DNA of 64,000 bases from Eledone cirrhosa (lineage: Eukaryota), in contig OZ024753.1 in the NCBI GenBank assembly GCA_964016885.1, forward strand, positions 17,732,001-17,796,000. Direction: 5' to 3'. Each line of letters begins with the position of its first letter. The stretch's first letter is position 1. Positions 45,801-60,800 of the stretch are shown here, piece by piece. Made by a program: the position numbers and the translations under genes. The notes under the pieces were generated by a model. That model did no database searches. It was not told the DNA's origin and was given only the letters and a program-made list of their open reading frames with translations.

Positions 45801-48800
45801 GTCTGTAGCACTAGTCTAACTACTAGCTGTAGTGGTCTGTAGCACTAGTCTAACTACTAGCTGTAGTGGTCTGTAGCACTAGTCTAACTACTAGCTGTAG
45901 TGGTCTGTAGCACTAGTCTAACTACTAGCTGTAGTGGTCTGTAGCACTAGTCTAACTACTAGCTGTAGTGGTCTGTAGCACTAGTCTAACTACTAGCTGT
46001 AGTGGTCTGTAGCACTAGTCTAACTACTAGCTGTAGTGTTCTGTATCACTAGTCTAACTACTAGCTGTAGTGGTCTGTAGCACTAGTCTAACTACTAGCT
46101 GTAGTGTTCTGTAGCAAGCTGTAGCACTAGTCTAACTACTAGCTGTAGTGGTCTGTAGCACTGGTATAACTACTAGCTGAAGTGGTCTGTAGCACTAGTC
46201 TAACTACTAGCTGTAGTGATCTGTAGCACTAGTCTAACTACTAGCTGTAGTGTTCTGTAGCACTAGTTTAACTACTAGCTGTAGTGTTATGTAGCATTAG
46301 TCTAACTACTAGCTGTAGTGGTCTGTAGCACTAGTCTAACTACTAGCTGTAGTGGTCTGTAGCACTAGTCTAACTACTAGCTGTAGTGGTCTGTAGCACT
46401 AGTCTAACTACTAGCTGTAGTGTTCTGTATCACTAGTCTAACTACTAGCTGTAGTGGTCTGTAGCACTAGTCTAACTACTAGCTGTAGTGTTCTGTAGCA
46501 ATCTGTAACACTAGTCTAACTACTAGCTGTAGTGGTCTGTAGCACTTGTCTATCTATTAGCTGTAGTGGTCTGTAGCAATCTGTAGCGCTAGTCTAACTA
46601 CTAGCTGTAATGGTCTGTAGCACTAGTCTAACTACTAGCTGTAGTGGTCTGTAGCACTAGTCTAACTACTAGCTGTAGTGGTCTGTAGCACTAGTCTAAC
46701 TACTAGCTGTAGTGGTCTGTAGCACTAGTCTAACTACTAGCTGTAGTTTTCTGTAGCACTAGTCTAACTACTAGCTGTAGTGTTCTGTAGCACTAGTCTA
46801 ACTACTAGCTGTAGTGTTCTGTAGCAATCTGTAGCACTAGTCTAACTACTAGCTGTAGTTGTCTGTAGCACTAGTCTAACTACTAGCTGTAGTGTTCTGT
46901 AGCACTAGTCTAACTACTAGCTGTAGTGTTCTGTAGCAATCTGTAGCACTAGTCTAACTACTAGCTGTTGTTGTCTGTAGCACTGGTATAACTACTAGCT
47001 GAAGTGGTCTGTAGCACTAGTCTAACTACTAGCTGTAGTGGTCTGTATCACTAGTCTAACTACTAGCTGAAGTGGTCTGTAGCACTAGTCTAACTACTAG
47101 CTGTAGTGGTCTGTATCACTAGTCTAACTACTAGCTGTAGTGTTCTGTAGCACTAGTCTAACTACTAGCTGTAGTGTTCTGTAGCAATCTGTAACACTAG
47201 TCTAACTACTAGCTGTAGTCGTCTGTAGCACTTGTCTATCTATTAGCTGTAGTGGTCTGTAGCAATCTGTAGCGCTAGTCTAACTACTAGCTGTAATGGT
47301 CTGTAGCACTAGTCTAACTACTAGCTGTAGTGTTCTGTAGCACTAGTCTAACTACTAGCTGTAGTGGTCTGTAGCACTAGTCTAACTACTAGCTGTAGTG
47401 GTCTGTAGCACTAGTCTAACTACTAGCTGTAGTTTTCTGTAGCACTAGTCTAACTACTAGCTGTAGTGTTCTGTAGCACTAGTCTAACTACTAGCTGTAG
47501 TTGTCTGTAGCACTAGTCTAACTACTAGCTGTAGTGTTCTGTAGCACTAGTCTAACTACTAGCTGTAGTGTTCTGTAGCAATGTGTAACACTAGTCTAAC
47601 TACTAGCTGTAGTCGTCTGTAGCACTTGTCTATCTATTAGCTGTAGTGGTCTGTAGCAATCTGTAGCGCTAGTCTAACTACTAACTGTAGTGGTCTGTAC
47701 CACTAGTCTAACTACTAGCTGTAATGGTCTGTAGAACTAGTCTAACTACTAGCTGTAGTGTTCTGTAGCACTAGTCTAACTACTAGCTGTAGTGGTCTGT
47801 AGCACTAGTCTAACTACTAGCTGTAGTGGTCTGTAGCACTAGTCTAACTACTAGCTGTAGTTTTCTGTAGCACTAGTCTAACTACTAGCTGTAGTTGTCT
47901 GTAGCAATCTGTAGCACTAGTCTAACTACTAGCTGTAATGTTCTGCAGCACTAGTCTAACTACTAGCTGTAGTGGTCTGTAGCACTAGTCTAACTACTAA
48001 CCATAGTGTTCTGTAGCACTAGTCTAACTACTAACTATAGTGTTCTGTAGCACTAGTCTAACTACTAGCTGTAGTGGTCTGTAGCACTAGTCTAACTACT
48101 GGCTGTAGTGGTCTGTAGCACTAATCTAACTACTAGCTGTAGTAATCTATAGCACTAGTCTAACTACTAGCTGTAGTAATTTGTAGCACTAGTCTAACTA
48201 CTAGCTGTAGTGGTCTGTAGCACTAGTCTAACTACTAGCTATAGTGGTCTGTAGCACTAGTCTAACTACTAGCTGTAGTGGTCTGTAGCACTAGTCTAAC
48301 TACCGGCTGTAGTGGTCTGTAGCACTTGTCTATCTATTAGCTGTAGTGGTCTGTAGCAATCTGTAGCGCTAGTCTAACTACTAGCTGTAGTTGTCTGTAG
48401 CACTAGTCTAACTACTAGCTGTAGTGGTCTGTAGCACTAGTCTAACTACCGGCTGTAGTGGTCTGTAGCACTTGTCTATCTATTAGCTGTAGTGGTCTGT
48501 AGCAATCTGTAGCGCTAGTCTAACTACTGGCTGTAGTGGTCTGTAGCACTAGTCTAACTACTGGCTGTAGTTTTCTGTAGCAATCTGTAGCACTAGTCTA
48601 ACTACTAGCTGTAGTGGTCTGTAGAAATCTGTAGCACTAGTCTAACTACTAGCTGTAGTGGTCTGTAGCACTAGTCTAACTACTAACTGTGGTGGTCTGT
48701 AGTACTAGTCTAACTACTAGTTGTAGTGGTCTGTAGCACTAGTCTAACTACTAGCTGTAGTGGTCTGTAGCACTAGTCTAACTACTAGCTGTAGTGTTCT

Positions 48801-51800
48801 GTATCACTAGTCTAACTACTAGCTGTAGTTGTCTGTAGCACTGGTATAACTACTAGCTGTAGTGTTCTGTAGCACTAGTCTAACTACTAGCTGTAATGGT
48901 CTGTAGCTCTAGTCTAACTACTAGCTGTAGTTGTCTGTAGCACTAGTCTAACTACTAGCTGTAGTTGTCTGTAGCACTGGTATAACTACTAGCTGCAGTG
49001 TTCTGTAGCACTAGTCTAACTACTAGCTGTAGTGGTCTGTAGCACTAGTCTAACTACTAGCTGTAGTGGTCTGTAGCACTGGTCTAACTACTAGCTGTAG
49101 TGTTCTGTAGCACTGGTCTAACTACTAGCTGTAGTGTTCTGTAGCACTAGTTTAACTACTAGCTGTAGTGTTATGTAGCACTAGTCTAACTACTAGCTGT
49201 AGTGGTCTGTAGCACTAGTCTAACTACTAGCTGTAGTGGTCTGTAGCACTAGTCTAACTACTAGCTGTAGTGGTCTGTAGCACTAGTCTAACTACTAGCT
49301 GTAGTGGTCTGTAGCACTAGTCTAACTACTAGCTGTAGTGTTCTGTATCACTAGTCTAACTACTAGCTGTAGTGGTCTGTATCACTAGTCTAAATACTAG
49401 CTGTAGCGTTCTGTAGCACTAGTCTAACTACTAGCTGTAGTGGTCTGTAGCAATCTGTGGCGCTAGTCTAACTACTAGCTGTAATGGTCTGTAGCACTAG
49501 TCTAACTACTAGCTGTAGTAATATGTAGCACTAGTCTAACTACTAGCTGTAGTGGTCTGTAGCACTAGTCTAACTACTAGCTGTAGTGGTCTGTAGCACT
49601 TGTCTATCTATTAGCTGCAGTGGTCTGTAGCAATCTGTAGCGCTAGTCTAACTACTAGCGGTAGTAGTCTGTAGCACTAGTCTAACTACTAGCTGTAGTA
49701 ATATGTAGCACTAGTCTAACTACTAGCTGTAGTGGTCTGTAGCACTAGTCTAACTACTAGCTATAGTGGTCTGTAGCACTAGTCTAACTACTAGCTGTAG
49801 TGGTCTGTAACACTAGTCTAACTACTAGCTGTAGTGGTCTGTAGCACTAGTCTAACTACTAGCTGTAGTTTTCTGTAGCACTAGTCTAACTACTAGCTGT
49901 AGTGGTCTGTAGCACTTGTCTATCTATTAGCTGTAGTGGTCTGTAGCAATCTGTAGCGCTAGTCTAACTATTAGCTGTAGTTGTCTGTAGCACTAGTCTA
50001 ACTACTGGCTGTAGTGGTCTGTAGCACTAGTCTAACTACTAGCTGTAGTTTTCTGTAGCACTAGTCTAACTACTAGCTGTATTGGTCTGTAGCAATCAGT
50101 AGCACTAGTCTAACTACTAGCTGTAGTAGTCTGTAGCACTAGTCTAACTACTAACTGTAGTTGTCTGTAGCAATCTGTAGCACTAGTCTAACTACTAGCT
50201 GTAGTGGTCTGTAGAAATCTGTAGCACTAGTCTAACTACTAGCTGTAGTGGTCTGTAGCACTAGTCTAACTACTAACTGTGGTGTTCTGTAGCACTAGTC
50301 TAACTACTAGCTGTAGTGGTCTGTAGCACTACTCTAACTACTAGCTGTAGTGTTCTGTATCACTAGTCTAACTACTAGCTGTAATGGTCTGTAGCTCTAG
50401 TCTAACTACTAGCTGTAGTTGTCTGTAGCACTGGTATAACTACTAGCTAAAGTGGTCTGTAGCACTAGTCTAACTACTAGCTGTAGTGGTCTGTAGCACT
50501 GGTCTAACTACTAGCTGTAGTGTTCTGTAGCACTGGTCTAACTACTAGCTGTAGTGTTCTGTAGCACTAGTTTAACTACTAGCTGTAGTGTTATGTAGCA
50601 CTAGTCTAACTACTAGCTGTAGTGGTCTGTAGCACTAGTCTAACTACTAGCTGTAGTGGTCTGTAGCACTAGTCTAACTACTAGCTGTAGTGGTCTGTAG
50701 CACTAGTCTAACTACTAGCTGTAATGGTCTGTAGCACTAGTCTAACTACTAGCTGTAGTGTTCTGTAGCACTAGTCTAACTACTAGCTGTATTGGTCTGT
50801 AGCAATCAGTAGCACTAGTCTAACTACTAGCTGTAGTGGTCTGTAGCACTTGTCTATCTATTAGCTCTAGTGGTCTGTAGCACTTGTCTATCTATTAGCT
50901 GTAGTGGTCTGTAGCAATCTGTAGCGCTAGTCTAACTACTAGCTGTAGTGGTCTGTAGCACTAGTCTAACTACTAGCTGTAGTTGTCTGTAGCACTAGTC
51001 TAACTACTAGCTGTAGTTGTCTGTAGCACTAGTCTAACTACTAGCTGTAGTGGTCTGTAGCACTAGTCTAACTACTAGCTGTAGTTGTCTGTAGCACTAG
51101 TCTAACTACTAGCTGTAGTTGTCTGTAGCACTAGTCTAACTACTAGCTGTAGTGGTCTGTAGCACTAGTCTAAATACTAGCTGTAATGGTCTGTAGCACT
51201 AGTCTAACTACTAGCTGTAGTGGTCTGTAGCACTAGTCTAACTACTAGCTGTAGTGGTCTGTAGCACTAGTCTAACTACTAGCTGTAGTGGTCTGTAGCA
51301 CTATTCTAACTACTAGCTGTAGTGGTCTGTTGCACTAGTCTAACTACTAGCTGTAGTTGTCTGTAGCATTAGTCTAACTACTAGCTGTAATGTTCTGCAG
51401 CACTAGTCTAACTACTAGCTGTAGTGGTCTGTAGCACTAGTCTAACTACTAGCTGTAGTGTTCTGTAGCACTAGTCTAACTACTAGCTGTAGTGTTCTGT
51501 AGCACTAGTCTAACTACTAACTATAGTGTTCTGTAGCACTAGTCTAACTACTAGCTGTAGTGTTCTGTAGCACTAGTCTAACTACTAACTATAGTGTTCT
51601 GTAGCACTAGTCTAACTACTAGCTGTAGTGGTCTGTAGCACTAGTCTAACTACTAGCTGTAGTGGTCTGTAGCACTAGTCTAACTACTAGCTGTAGTGGT
51701 CTGTAGCACTAGTCTAACTACTAGCTGTAGTGGTCTGTAGCACTAGTCTAACTACTAGCTGTAGTGTTCTGTATCACTAGTCTAACTACTAGCTGTAGTG

Positions 51801-54800
51801 GTCTGTATCACTAGTCTAAATACTAGCTGTAGCGTTCTGTAGCACTAGTCTAACTACTAGCTGTAGTGGTCTGTAGCAATCTGTGGCGCTAGTCTAACTA
51901 CTAGCGGTAGTAGTCTGTAGCACTAGTCTAACTACTAGCTGTAGTGGTCTGTAACACTAGTCTAACTACTAGCTGTAGTGGTCTGTAGCACTAGTCTAAC
52001 TACTAGCTGTAGTTTTCTGTAGCACTAGTCTAACTACTAGCTGTAGTGGTCTGTAGCACTTGTCTATCTATTAGCTGTAGTGGTCTGTAGCAATCTGTAG
52101 CGCTAGTCTAACTATTAGCTGTAGTTGTCTGTAGCACTAGTCTAACTACTTGCTGTAGTGGTCTGTAGCACTAGTCTAACTACTAGCTGTAGTTTTCTGT
52201 AGCACTAGTCTAACTACTAGCTGTATTGGTCTGTAGCAATCAGTAGCACTAGTCTAACTACTAGCTGTAGTAGTCTGTAGCACTAGTCTAACTACTAACT
52301 GTAGTTGTCTGTAGCAATCAGTAGCACTAGTCTAACTACTAGCTGTAGTAGTCTGTAGCACTAGTCTAACTACTAACTGTAGTTGTCTGTAGCAATCTGT
52401 AGCACTAGTCTAACTACTAGCTGTAGTGGTCTGTAGCACTAGTCTAACTACTAGCTGTAGTGGTCTGTAGCACTACTCTAACTACTAGCTGTAGTGTTCT
52501 GTATCACTAGTCTAACTACTAGCTGTAGTGGTCTGTAGCACTGGTCTAACTACTAGCTGTAGTGTTCTGTAGCACTGGTCTAACTACTAGCTGTAGTGTT
52601 CTGTAGCACTAGTTTAACTACTAGCTGTAGTGTTATGTAGCACTAGTCTAACTACTAGCTGTAGTGGTCTGTAGCACTAGTCTAACTACTAGCTGTAGTG
52701 GTCTGTAGCACTAGTCTAACTACTAGCTGTAGTGGTCTGTAGCACTAGTCTAACTACTAGCTGTAATGGTCTGTAGCACTAGTCTAACTACTAGCTGTAG
52801 TGTTCTGTAGCACTAGTCTAACTACTAGCTGTAGTGGTCTGTAGCACTAGTCTAACTACTAGGTGTAGTGGTCTGTAGCACTTGTCTATCTATTAGCTGT
52901 AGTGGTCTGTAGCAATCTGTAGCGCTAGTCTATCTACTAGCGGTAGTGGTCTGTAGCACTAGTCTAACTACTAGCTGTAGTGGTCTGTAGCACTAGTCTA
53001 ACTACTAGCTATAGTGGTCTGTAGCACTAGTCTAACTACTAGCTGTAGTGGTCTGTAGCACTAGTCTAACAACTAGCTGTATTGGTCTGTAGCAATCAGT
53101 ATCACTAGTCTAACTACTAGCTGTAGTGGTCTGTAGCACTAGTCTAACTACTAGCTGTAGTGTTCTGTAGCACTAGTCTAACTACTAGCTGTAGTGGTCT
53201 GTAGCACTAGTCTAACTACTAGCTGTAGTGGTCTGTAGCACTAGTCTAACTACTAGCTGTAGTGGTCTGTAGCACTAGTCTAACTACTAGCTGTAGTGGT
53301 CTGTAGCACTAGTCTAACTACTAGCTGAAGTGGTCTGTAGCACTAGTCTAACTACTAGCTGTAGTGGTCTGTAGCACTAGTCTAACTACTAGCTGTAGTG
53401 GTCTGTAGCACTAGTCTAACTACTAGCTGTAGTGGTCTGTAGCACTAGTCTAACTACTAGCTGTAGTTTTCTGTAGCTCTAGTCTAACTACTAGCTGTAT
53501 TGGTCTGTAGCAATCAGTATCACTAGTCTAACTACTAGCTGTAGTGTTCTGTAGCACTAGTCTAACTACTAGCTGTAGTGGTCTGTAGCACTAGTCTAAC
53601 TACTAGCTGTAGTGGTCTGTAGCACTAGTCTAACTACTAGCTGTAGTGGTCTGTAGCACTAGTCTAACTACTAGCTGTAGTGGTCTGTAGCACTAGTCTA
53701 ACTACTAGCTGTAGTGGTCTGTAGCACTAGTCTAACTACTAGCTGTAGTGGTCTGTAGCACTAGTCTAACTACTAGCTGTAGTGGTCTGTAGCACTAGTC
53801 TAACTACTAGCTGTAGTGGTCTGTAGCACTAGTCTAACTACTAGCTGTAGTGGTCTGTAGCACTAGTCTAACTACTAGCTGTAGTGGTCTGTAGCACTAG
53901 TCTAACTACTAGCTGTAGTGGTCTGTAGCACTAGTCTAACTACTAGCTGTAGTTTTCTGTAGCTCTAGTCTAACTACTAGCTGTATTGGTCTGTAGCAAT
54001 CAGTATCACTAGTCTAACTACTAGCTGTAGTGTTCTGTAGCACTAGTCTAACTACTAGCTGTAGTGGTCTGTAGCACTAGTCTAACTACTAGCTGTAGTG
54101 GTCTGTAGCACTAGTCTAACTACTAGCTGTAGTGGTCTGTAGCACTAGTCTAACTACTAGCTGTAGTGGTCTGTAGCACTAGTCTAACTACTAGCTGTAG
54201 TGGTCTGTAGCACTAGTCTAACTACTAGCTGTAGTGGTCTGTAGCACTTGTCTATCTATTAGCTGTAGTGGTCTGTAGCAATCTGTAGCGCTAGTCTAAC
54301 TACTAGCTGCAGTGGTCTGTAGCACTAGTCTAACTACTAGCTGTAGTAATATGTAGCACTAGTCTAACTACTAGCTGTAGTGGTCTGTAGCACTAGTCTA
54401 ACTACTAGCTGCAGTGGTCTGTAGCACTAGTCTAACTACTAGCTGTAGTAATATGTAGCACTAGTCTAACTACTAGCTGTAGTGGTCTGTAGCATTAGTC
54501 TAACTACTAGCTGTAGTAATATGTAGCACTAGTCTAACTACTAGCTGTAGTGGTCTGTAGCACTAGTCTAACTACTAGCTATAGTGGTCTGTAGCACTAG
54601 TCTAACTACTAGCTGTAGTGGTCTGTAACACTAGTCTAACTACTAGCTGTAGTGGTCTGTAGCACTAGTCTAACTACTAGCTGTAGTGTTCTGTAGCACT
54701 AGTCTAACTACTAGCTGTATTGGTCTGTAGCAATCAGTAGCACTAGTCTAACTACTAGCTGTAGTGGTCTGTAGCACTTGTCTATCTATTAGCTCTAGTG

Positions 54801-57800
54801 GTCTGTAGCACTTGTCTATCTATTAGCTGTAGTGGTCTGTAGCAATCTGTAGCGCTAGTCTAACTACTAGCTGTAGTTGTCTGTAGCACTAGTCTAACTA
54901 CTAGCTGTAGTTGTCTGTAGCACTAGTCTAACTACTAGCTGTAGTGGTATGTAGCACTAGTCTAAATACTAGCTGTAATGGTCTGTAGCACTAGTCTAAC
55001 TACTAGCTGTAGTGGTCTGTAGCACTAGTCTAACTACTAGCTGTAGTGGTATGTAGCACTAGTCTAAATACTAGCTGTAATGGTCTGTAGCACTAGTCTA
55101 ACTACTAGCTGTAGTGGTCTGTAGCACTAGTCTAACTACTAGCTGTAGTTGTCTGTAGCATTAGTCTAACTACTAGCTGTAATGTTCTGCAGCACTAGTC
55201 TAACTACTAGCTGTAGTGGTCTGTAGCACTAGTCTAACTACTAGCTGTAGTGTTCTGTAGCACTAGTCTAACTACTAGCTGTAGTGTTCTGTAGCACTAG
55301 TCTAACTACTAACTATAGTGTTCTGTAGCACTAGTCTAACTACTAGCTGTAGTGTTCTGTAGCACTAGTCTAACTACTAGCTGTAGTGGTCTGTAGCACT
55401 ATTCTAACTACTAGCTGTAGTGGTCTGTTGCACTAGTCTAACTACTAGCTGTAGTTGTCTGTAGCATTAGTCTAACTACTAGCTGTAATGTTCTGCAGCA
55501 CTAGTCTAACTACTAGCTGTAGTGGTCTGTAGCACTAGTCTAACTACTAGCTGTAGTGTTCTGTATCACTAGTCTAACTACTAGCTGTAGTGGTCTGTAG
55601 CACTAGTCTAACTACTAGCTGTAGTGTTCTGTAGCACTAGTCTAACTACTAGCTGTAGTGGTCTGTAGCAATCTGTGGCGCTAGTCTAACTACTAGCTGT
55701 AATCGTCTGTAGCACTAGTCTAACTACTAGCTGTAGTGTTCTGTAGCACTAGTCTAACTACTAGCTGTAGTGGTCTGTAGCACTAGTCTAACTACTAGGT
55801 GTAGTGGTCTGTAGCACTTGTCTATCTATTAGCTGTAGTGGTCTGTAGCAATCTGTAGCGCTAGTCTAACTACTAGCGGTAGTGGTCTGTAGCACTAGTC
55901 TAACTACTAGCTGTAGTAATATGTAGCACTAGTCTAACTACTAGCTGTAGTGGTCTGTAGCACTAGTCTAACTACTAGCTATAGTGGTCTGTAGCACTAG
56001 TCTAACTACTAGCTGTAGTGGGCTGTAACACTAGTCTAACTACTAGCTGTAGTGGTCTGTAGCACTAGTCTAACTACTAGCTGTAGTTTTCTGTAGCACT
56101 AGTCTAACTACTAGCTGTATTGGTCTGTAGCAATCAGTATCACTAGTCTAACTACTAGCTGTAGTGGTCTGTAGCACTAGTCTAACTACTAGCTGTAGTG
56201 GTCTGTAGCACTAGTCTAACTACTAGCTATAGTGGTCTGTAGCACTAGTCTAACTACTAGCTGTAGTGGTCTGTAACACTAGTCTAACTACTAGCTGTAG
56301 TGGTCTGTAGCACTAGTCTAACTACTAGCTGTAGTGTTCTGTAGCACTAGTCTAACTACTAGCTGTATTGGTCTGTAGCAATCAGTAACACTAGTCTAAC
56401 TACTAGCTGTAGTGGTTTGTAGCACTTGTCTATCTATTAGCTCTAGTGGTCTGTAGCACTTGTCTATCTATTAGCTGTAGTGGTCTGTAGCAATCTGTAG
56501 CGCTAGTCTAACTACTAGCTGTACTTTTCTGCAGCACTAGTCTAACTACTAGCTGTAGTGGTCTGTAGCACTAGTCTAACTACTAGCTGTAGTGTTCTGT
56601 AGCACTAGTCTAACTACTAGCTGTAGTGTTCTGTAGCACTAGTCTAACTACTAACTATAGTGTTCTGTAGCACTAGTCTAACTACTAGCTGTAGTGTTCT
56701 GTAGCACTAGTCTAACTACTAACTATAGTGTTCTGTAGCACTAGTCTAACTACTAGCTGTAGTGTTCTGTACCACTAGTCTAACTACTAACTATAGTGTT
56801 CTGTAGCACTAGTCTAACTACTAGCTGTAGTGGTCTGTAGCACTAGTCTAACTACTAGCTGTAGTGTTCTGTAGCACTAGTCTAACTACTAGCTGTAGTG
56901 TTCTGTAGCACTAGTCTAACTACTAACTATAGTGTTCTGTAGCACTAGTCTAACTACTAGCTGTAGTGTTCTGTAGCACTAGTCTAACTACTAACTATAG
57001 TGTTCTGTAGCACTAGTCTAACTACTAGCTGTAGTGTTCTGTAGCACTAGTCTAACTACTAACTATAGTGTTCTGTAGCACTAGTCTAACTACTAGCTGT
57101 AGTGGTCTGTAGCACTAGTCTAACTACTAGCTGTAGTGTTCTGTAGCACTAGTCTAACTACTAGCTGTAGTGTTCTGTAGCACTAGTCTAACTACTAACT
57201 ATAGTGTTCTGTAGCACTAGTCTAACTACTAGCTGTAGTGTTCTGTAGCACTAGTCTAACTACTAACTATAGTGTTCTGTAGCACTAGTCTAACTACTAG
57301 CTGTAGTGGTCTGTAGCACTAGTCTAACTACTAACTATAGTGTTCTGTAGCACTAGTCTAACTACTAGCTGTAGTGGTCTGTAGCACTAGTCTAACTACT
57401 GGCTGTAGTGGTCTGTAGCACTAGTCTAACTACTAGCTGTAGTAATATGTAGCACTAGTCTAACTACTAGCTGTAGTAATATGTAGCACTAGTCTAACTA
57501 CTAGCTGTAGTGGTCTGTAGCACTAGTCTAACTACTAGCTGTAGTGGTCTGTAGCACTAGTCTAACTACTGGCTGTAGTGGTCTGTAGCACTAGTCTAAC
57601 TACTAGCTGTAGTAATATGTAGCACTAGTCTAACTACTAGCTATAGTGGTCTGTAGCACTAGTCTAACTACTAGCTGTAGTGGTCTGTAGCACTAGTCTA
57701 ACTACTAGCTGTAGTGGTCTGTAGCACTAGTCTAACTACTGGCTGTAGTGGTCTGTAGCACTAGTCTAACTACTAGCTGTAGTAATATGTAGCACTAGTC

Positions 57801-60800
57801 TAACTACTAGCTATAGTGGTCTGTAGCACTAGTCTAACTACTAGCTGTAGTGGTCTGTAGCACTAGTCTAACTACTGGCTGTAGTGGTCTGTAGCACTAG
57901 TCTAACTACTAGCTGTAGATTTCTGTAGCACTAGTCTAACTACTAGCTGTATTTGTCTGTAGCAATCAGTCGCACTAGTCTAACTACTAGCTGTAGTAGT
58001 CTGTAGCACTAGTCTAACTACTAACTGTAGTTGTCTGTAGCAATCTGTAGCACTAGTCTAACTACTAGCTGTAGTGGTCTGTAGCAATCTGTAGCACTAG
58101 TCTAACTACTAGCTGTAGTGGTCTGTAGCACTAGTCTAACTACTAGCTGTGGTTGTCTGTAGCACTAGTCTAACTACTAGCTGTAGTGGTCTGTAGCACT
58201 AGTCTAACTACTAGCTGTGGTTGTCTGTAGCACTAGTCTAACTACTAGCTGTAGTGGTCTGTAGCACTAGTCTAACTACTAGCTGTGGTTGTCTGTAGCA
58301 CTAGTCTAACTACTAGCTGTAGTGGTCTGTAGCACTAGTCTAACTACTAGCTCTAGTGTTCTGTATCACTAGTCTAACTACTAGCTGTAGTGTTATGTAT
58401 CACTAGTCTAACTACTAGCTGTAATGGTCTGTAGCACTAGTCTAACTACTAGCTGTAGTGGTCTGTAGCACTAGTCTAACTACTAGCTGTAGTGGTCTGT
58501 AGCACTGGTATAACTACTAGCTGTAGTGGTCTGTAGCACTAGTCTAACTACTAGCTGTAGTGTTCTGTAGCAATAGTCTAACTACTAGCTGTAGTGTTCT
58601 GTAGCAATCTGTAACACTAGTCTAACTACTAGCTGTAGTGGTCTGTAGCACTAGTCTAACTACTAGCTGTAGTGGTCTGCAGCACTAGTCTAACTACTAG
58701 CTGTAGTGTTCTGTAGCACTAGTCTAACTACTAACTATAGTGTTCTGTAGCACTAGTCTAACTACTAGCTGTAGTGGTCTGTAGCACTAGTCTAACTACT
58801 AACTATAGTGTTCTGTAGCACTAGTCTAACTACTAGCTGTAGTGTTCTGTAGCACTAGTCTAACTACTAGCTGTTGTGGTCTGTAGCACTAGTCTAACTA
58901 CTGGCTGTAGTGGTCTGTAGCACTAATCTAACTACTAGCTGTAGTAATCTATAGCACTAGTCTAACTACTAGCTGTAGTAATATGTAGCACGAGTCTAAC
59001 TACTAGCTGTAGTGGTCTGTAGCACTAGTTTAAATACTAGCTATAGTGGTCTGTAGCACTAGTCTAACTACTGGCTGTAGTGGTCTGTAGCACTAGTCTA
59101 ACTACTAACTGTAGTTGTCTGTAGCAATCTGTAGCACTAGTCTAACTACTAGCTGTAGATTTCTGTAGCACTAGTCTAACTACTAGCTGTATTTGTCTGT
59201 AGCAATCAGTAGCACTAGTCTAACTACTAGCTGTAGTAGTCTGTAGCACTAGTCTAACTACTAACTGTAGTTGTCTGTAGCAATCTGTAGCACTAGTCTA
59301 ACTACTAGCTGTAGTGGTCTGTAGCAATCTGTAGCTCTAGTCTAACTACTAGCTGTAGTGGTCTGTAGCACTAGTCTAACTACTAGCTGTGGTTGTCTGT
59401 AGCACTAGTCTAACTACTAGCTGTAGTGGTCTGTAGCACTAGTCTAACTACTAACTATAGTGTTCTGTAGCACTAGTCTAACTACTAAATATAGTGTTCT
59501 GTAGCGCTAGTCTAACTACTGGCTGTAGTGGTCTGTAGCACTAATCTAACTACTAGCTGTAGTAATCTATAGCACTAGTCTAACTACTAGCTGTAGTGGT
59601 CTGTAGCACTAGTCTAACTACTAGCTATAGTGGTCTGTAGCACTAGTCTAACTACTAGCTGTAGATTTCTGTAGCACTAGTCTAACTACTAGCTGTATTT
59701 GTCTGTAGCAATCAGTCGCACTAGTCTAACTACTAGCTGTAGTAGTCTGTAGCACTAGTCTAACTACTAGCTGTAGTGGTCTGTAGCAATCTGTAGCACT
59801 AGTCTAACTACTAGCTGTAGTGGTCTGTAGCACTAGTCTAACTACTAGCTGTGGTTGTCTGTAGCACTAGTCTAACTACTAGCTGTAGTGGTCTGTAGCA
59901 CTAGTCTAACTACTAGCTCTAGTGTTCTGTATCACTAGTCTAACTACTAGCTGTAGTGGTCTGTAGCACTAGTCTAACTACTAGCTGTAGTGTTCTGTAG
60001 CACTAGTCTAACTACTAGCTGTAGTGTTATGTATCACTAGTCTAACTACTAGCTGTAATGGTCTGTAGCACTAGTTTAACTACTAGCTCTAGTGGTCTGT
60101 AGCACTAGTCTAACTACTAGCTGTAGTTGTCTGTAGCACTAGTCTAACTACTAGCTGTAGTTGTCTGTAGCACTGGTCTAACTACTAGCTGTAGTGGTCT
60201 GTAGCACTAGTCTAACTACTAGCTGTAGTGGTCTGCAGCACTAGTCTAACTACTAGCTGTAGTGGTCTGTAGCACTAGTCTAACTACTAGCTGTAGTGGT
60301 CTGCAGCACTAGTCTAACTACTAGCTGTAGTGTTCTGTAGCACTAGTCTAACTACTAACTATAGTGTTCTGTAGCACTAGTCTAACTACTAACTATAGTG
60401 TTCTGTAGCACTAGTCTAACTACTAGCTGTAGTGGTCTGTAGCACTAGTCTAACTACTAACTATAGTGTTCTGTAGCACTAGTCTAACTACTAACTATAG
60501 TGTTCTGTAGCACTAGTCTAACTACTAGCTGTTGTGGTCTGTAGCACTAGTCTAACTACTGGCTGTAGTGGTCTGTAGCACTAGTCTAACTACTAGCTGT
60601 AGTAATCTATAGCACTAGTCTAACTACTAGCTGTAGTAATATGTAGCACGAGTCTAACTACTAGCTGTAGTAATATGTAGCACTAGTCTAACTACTAGCT
60701 GTAGTGGTCTGTAGCACTAGTTTAAATACTAGCTATAGTGGTCTGTAGCACTAGTCTAACTACTGGCTGTAGTGGTCTGTAGCACTAGTCTAACTACTAG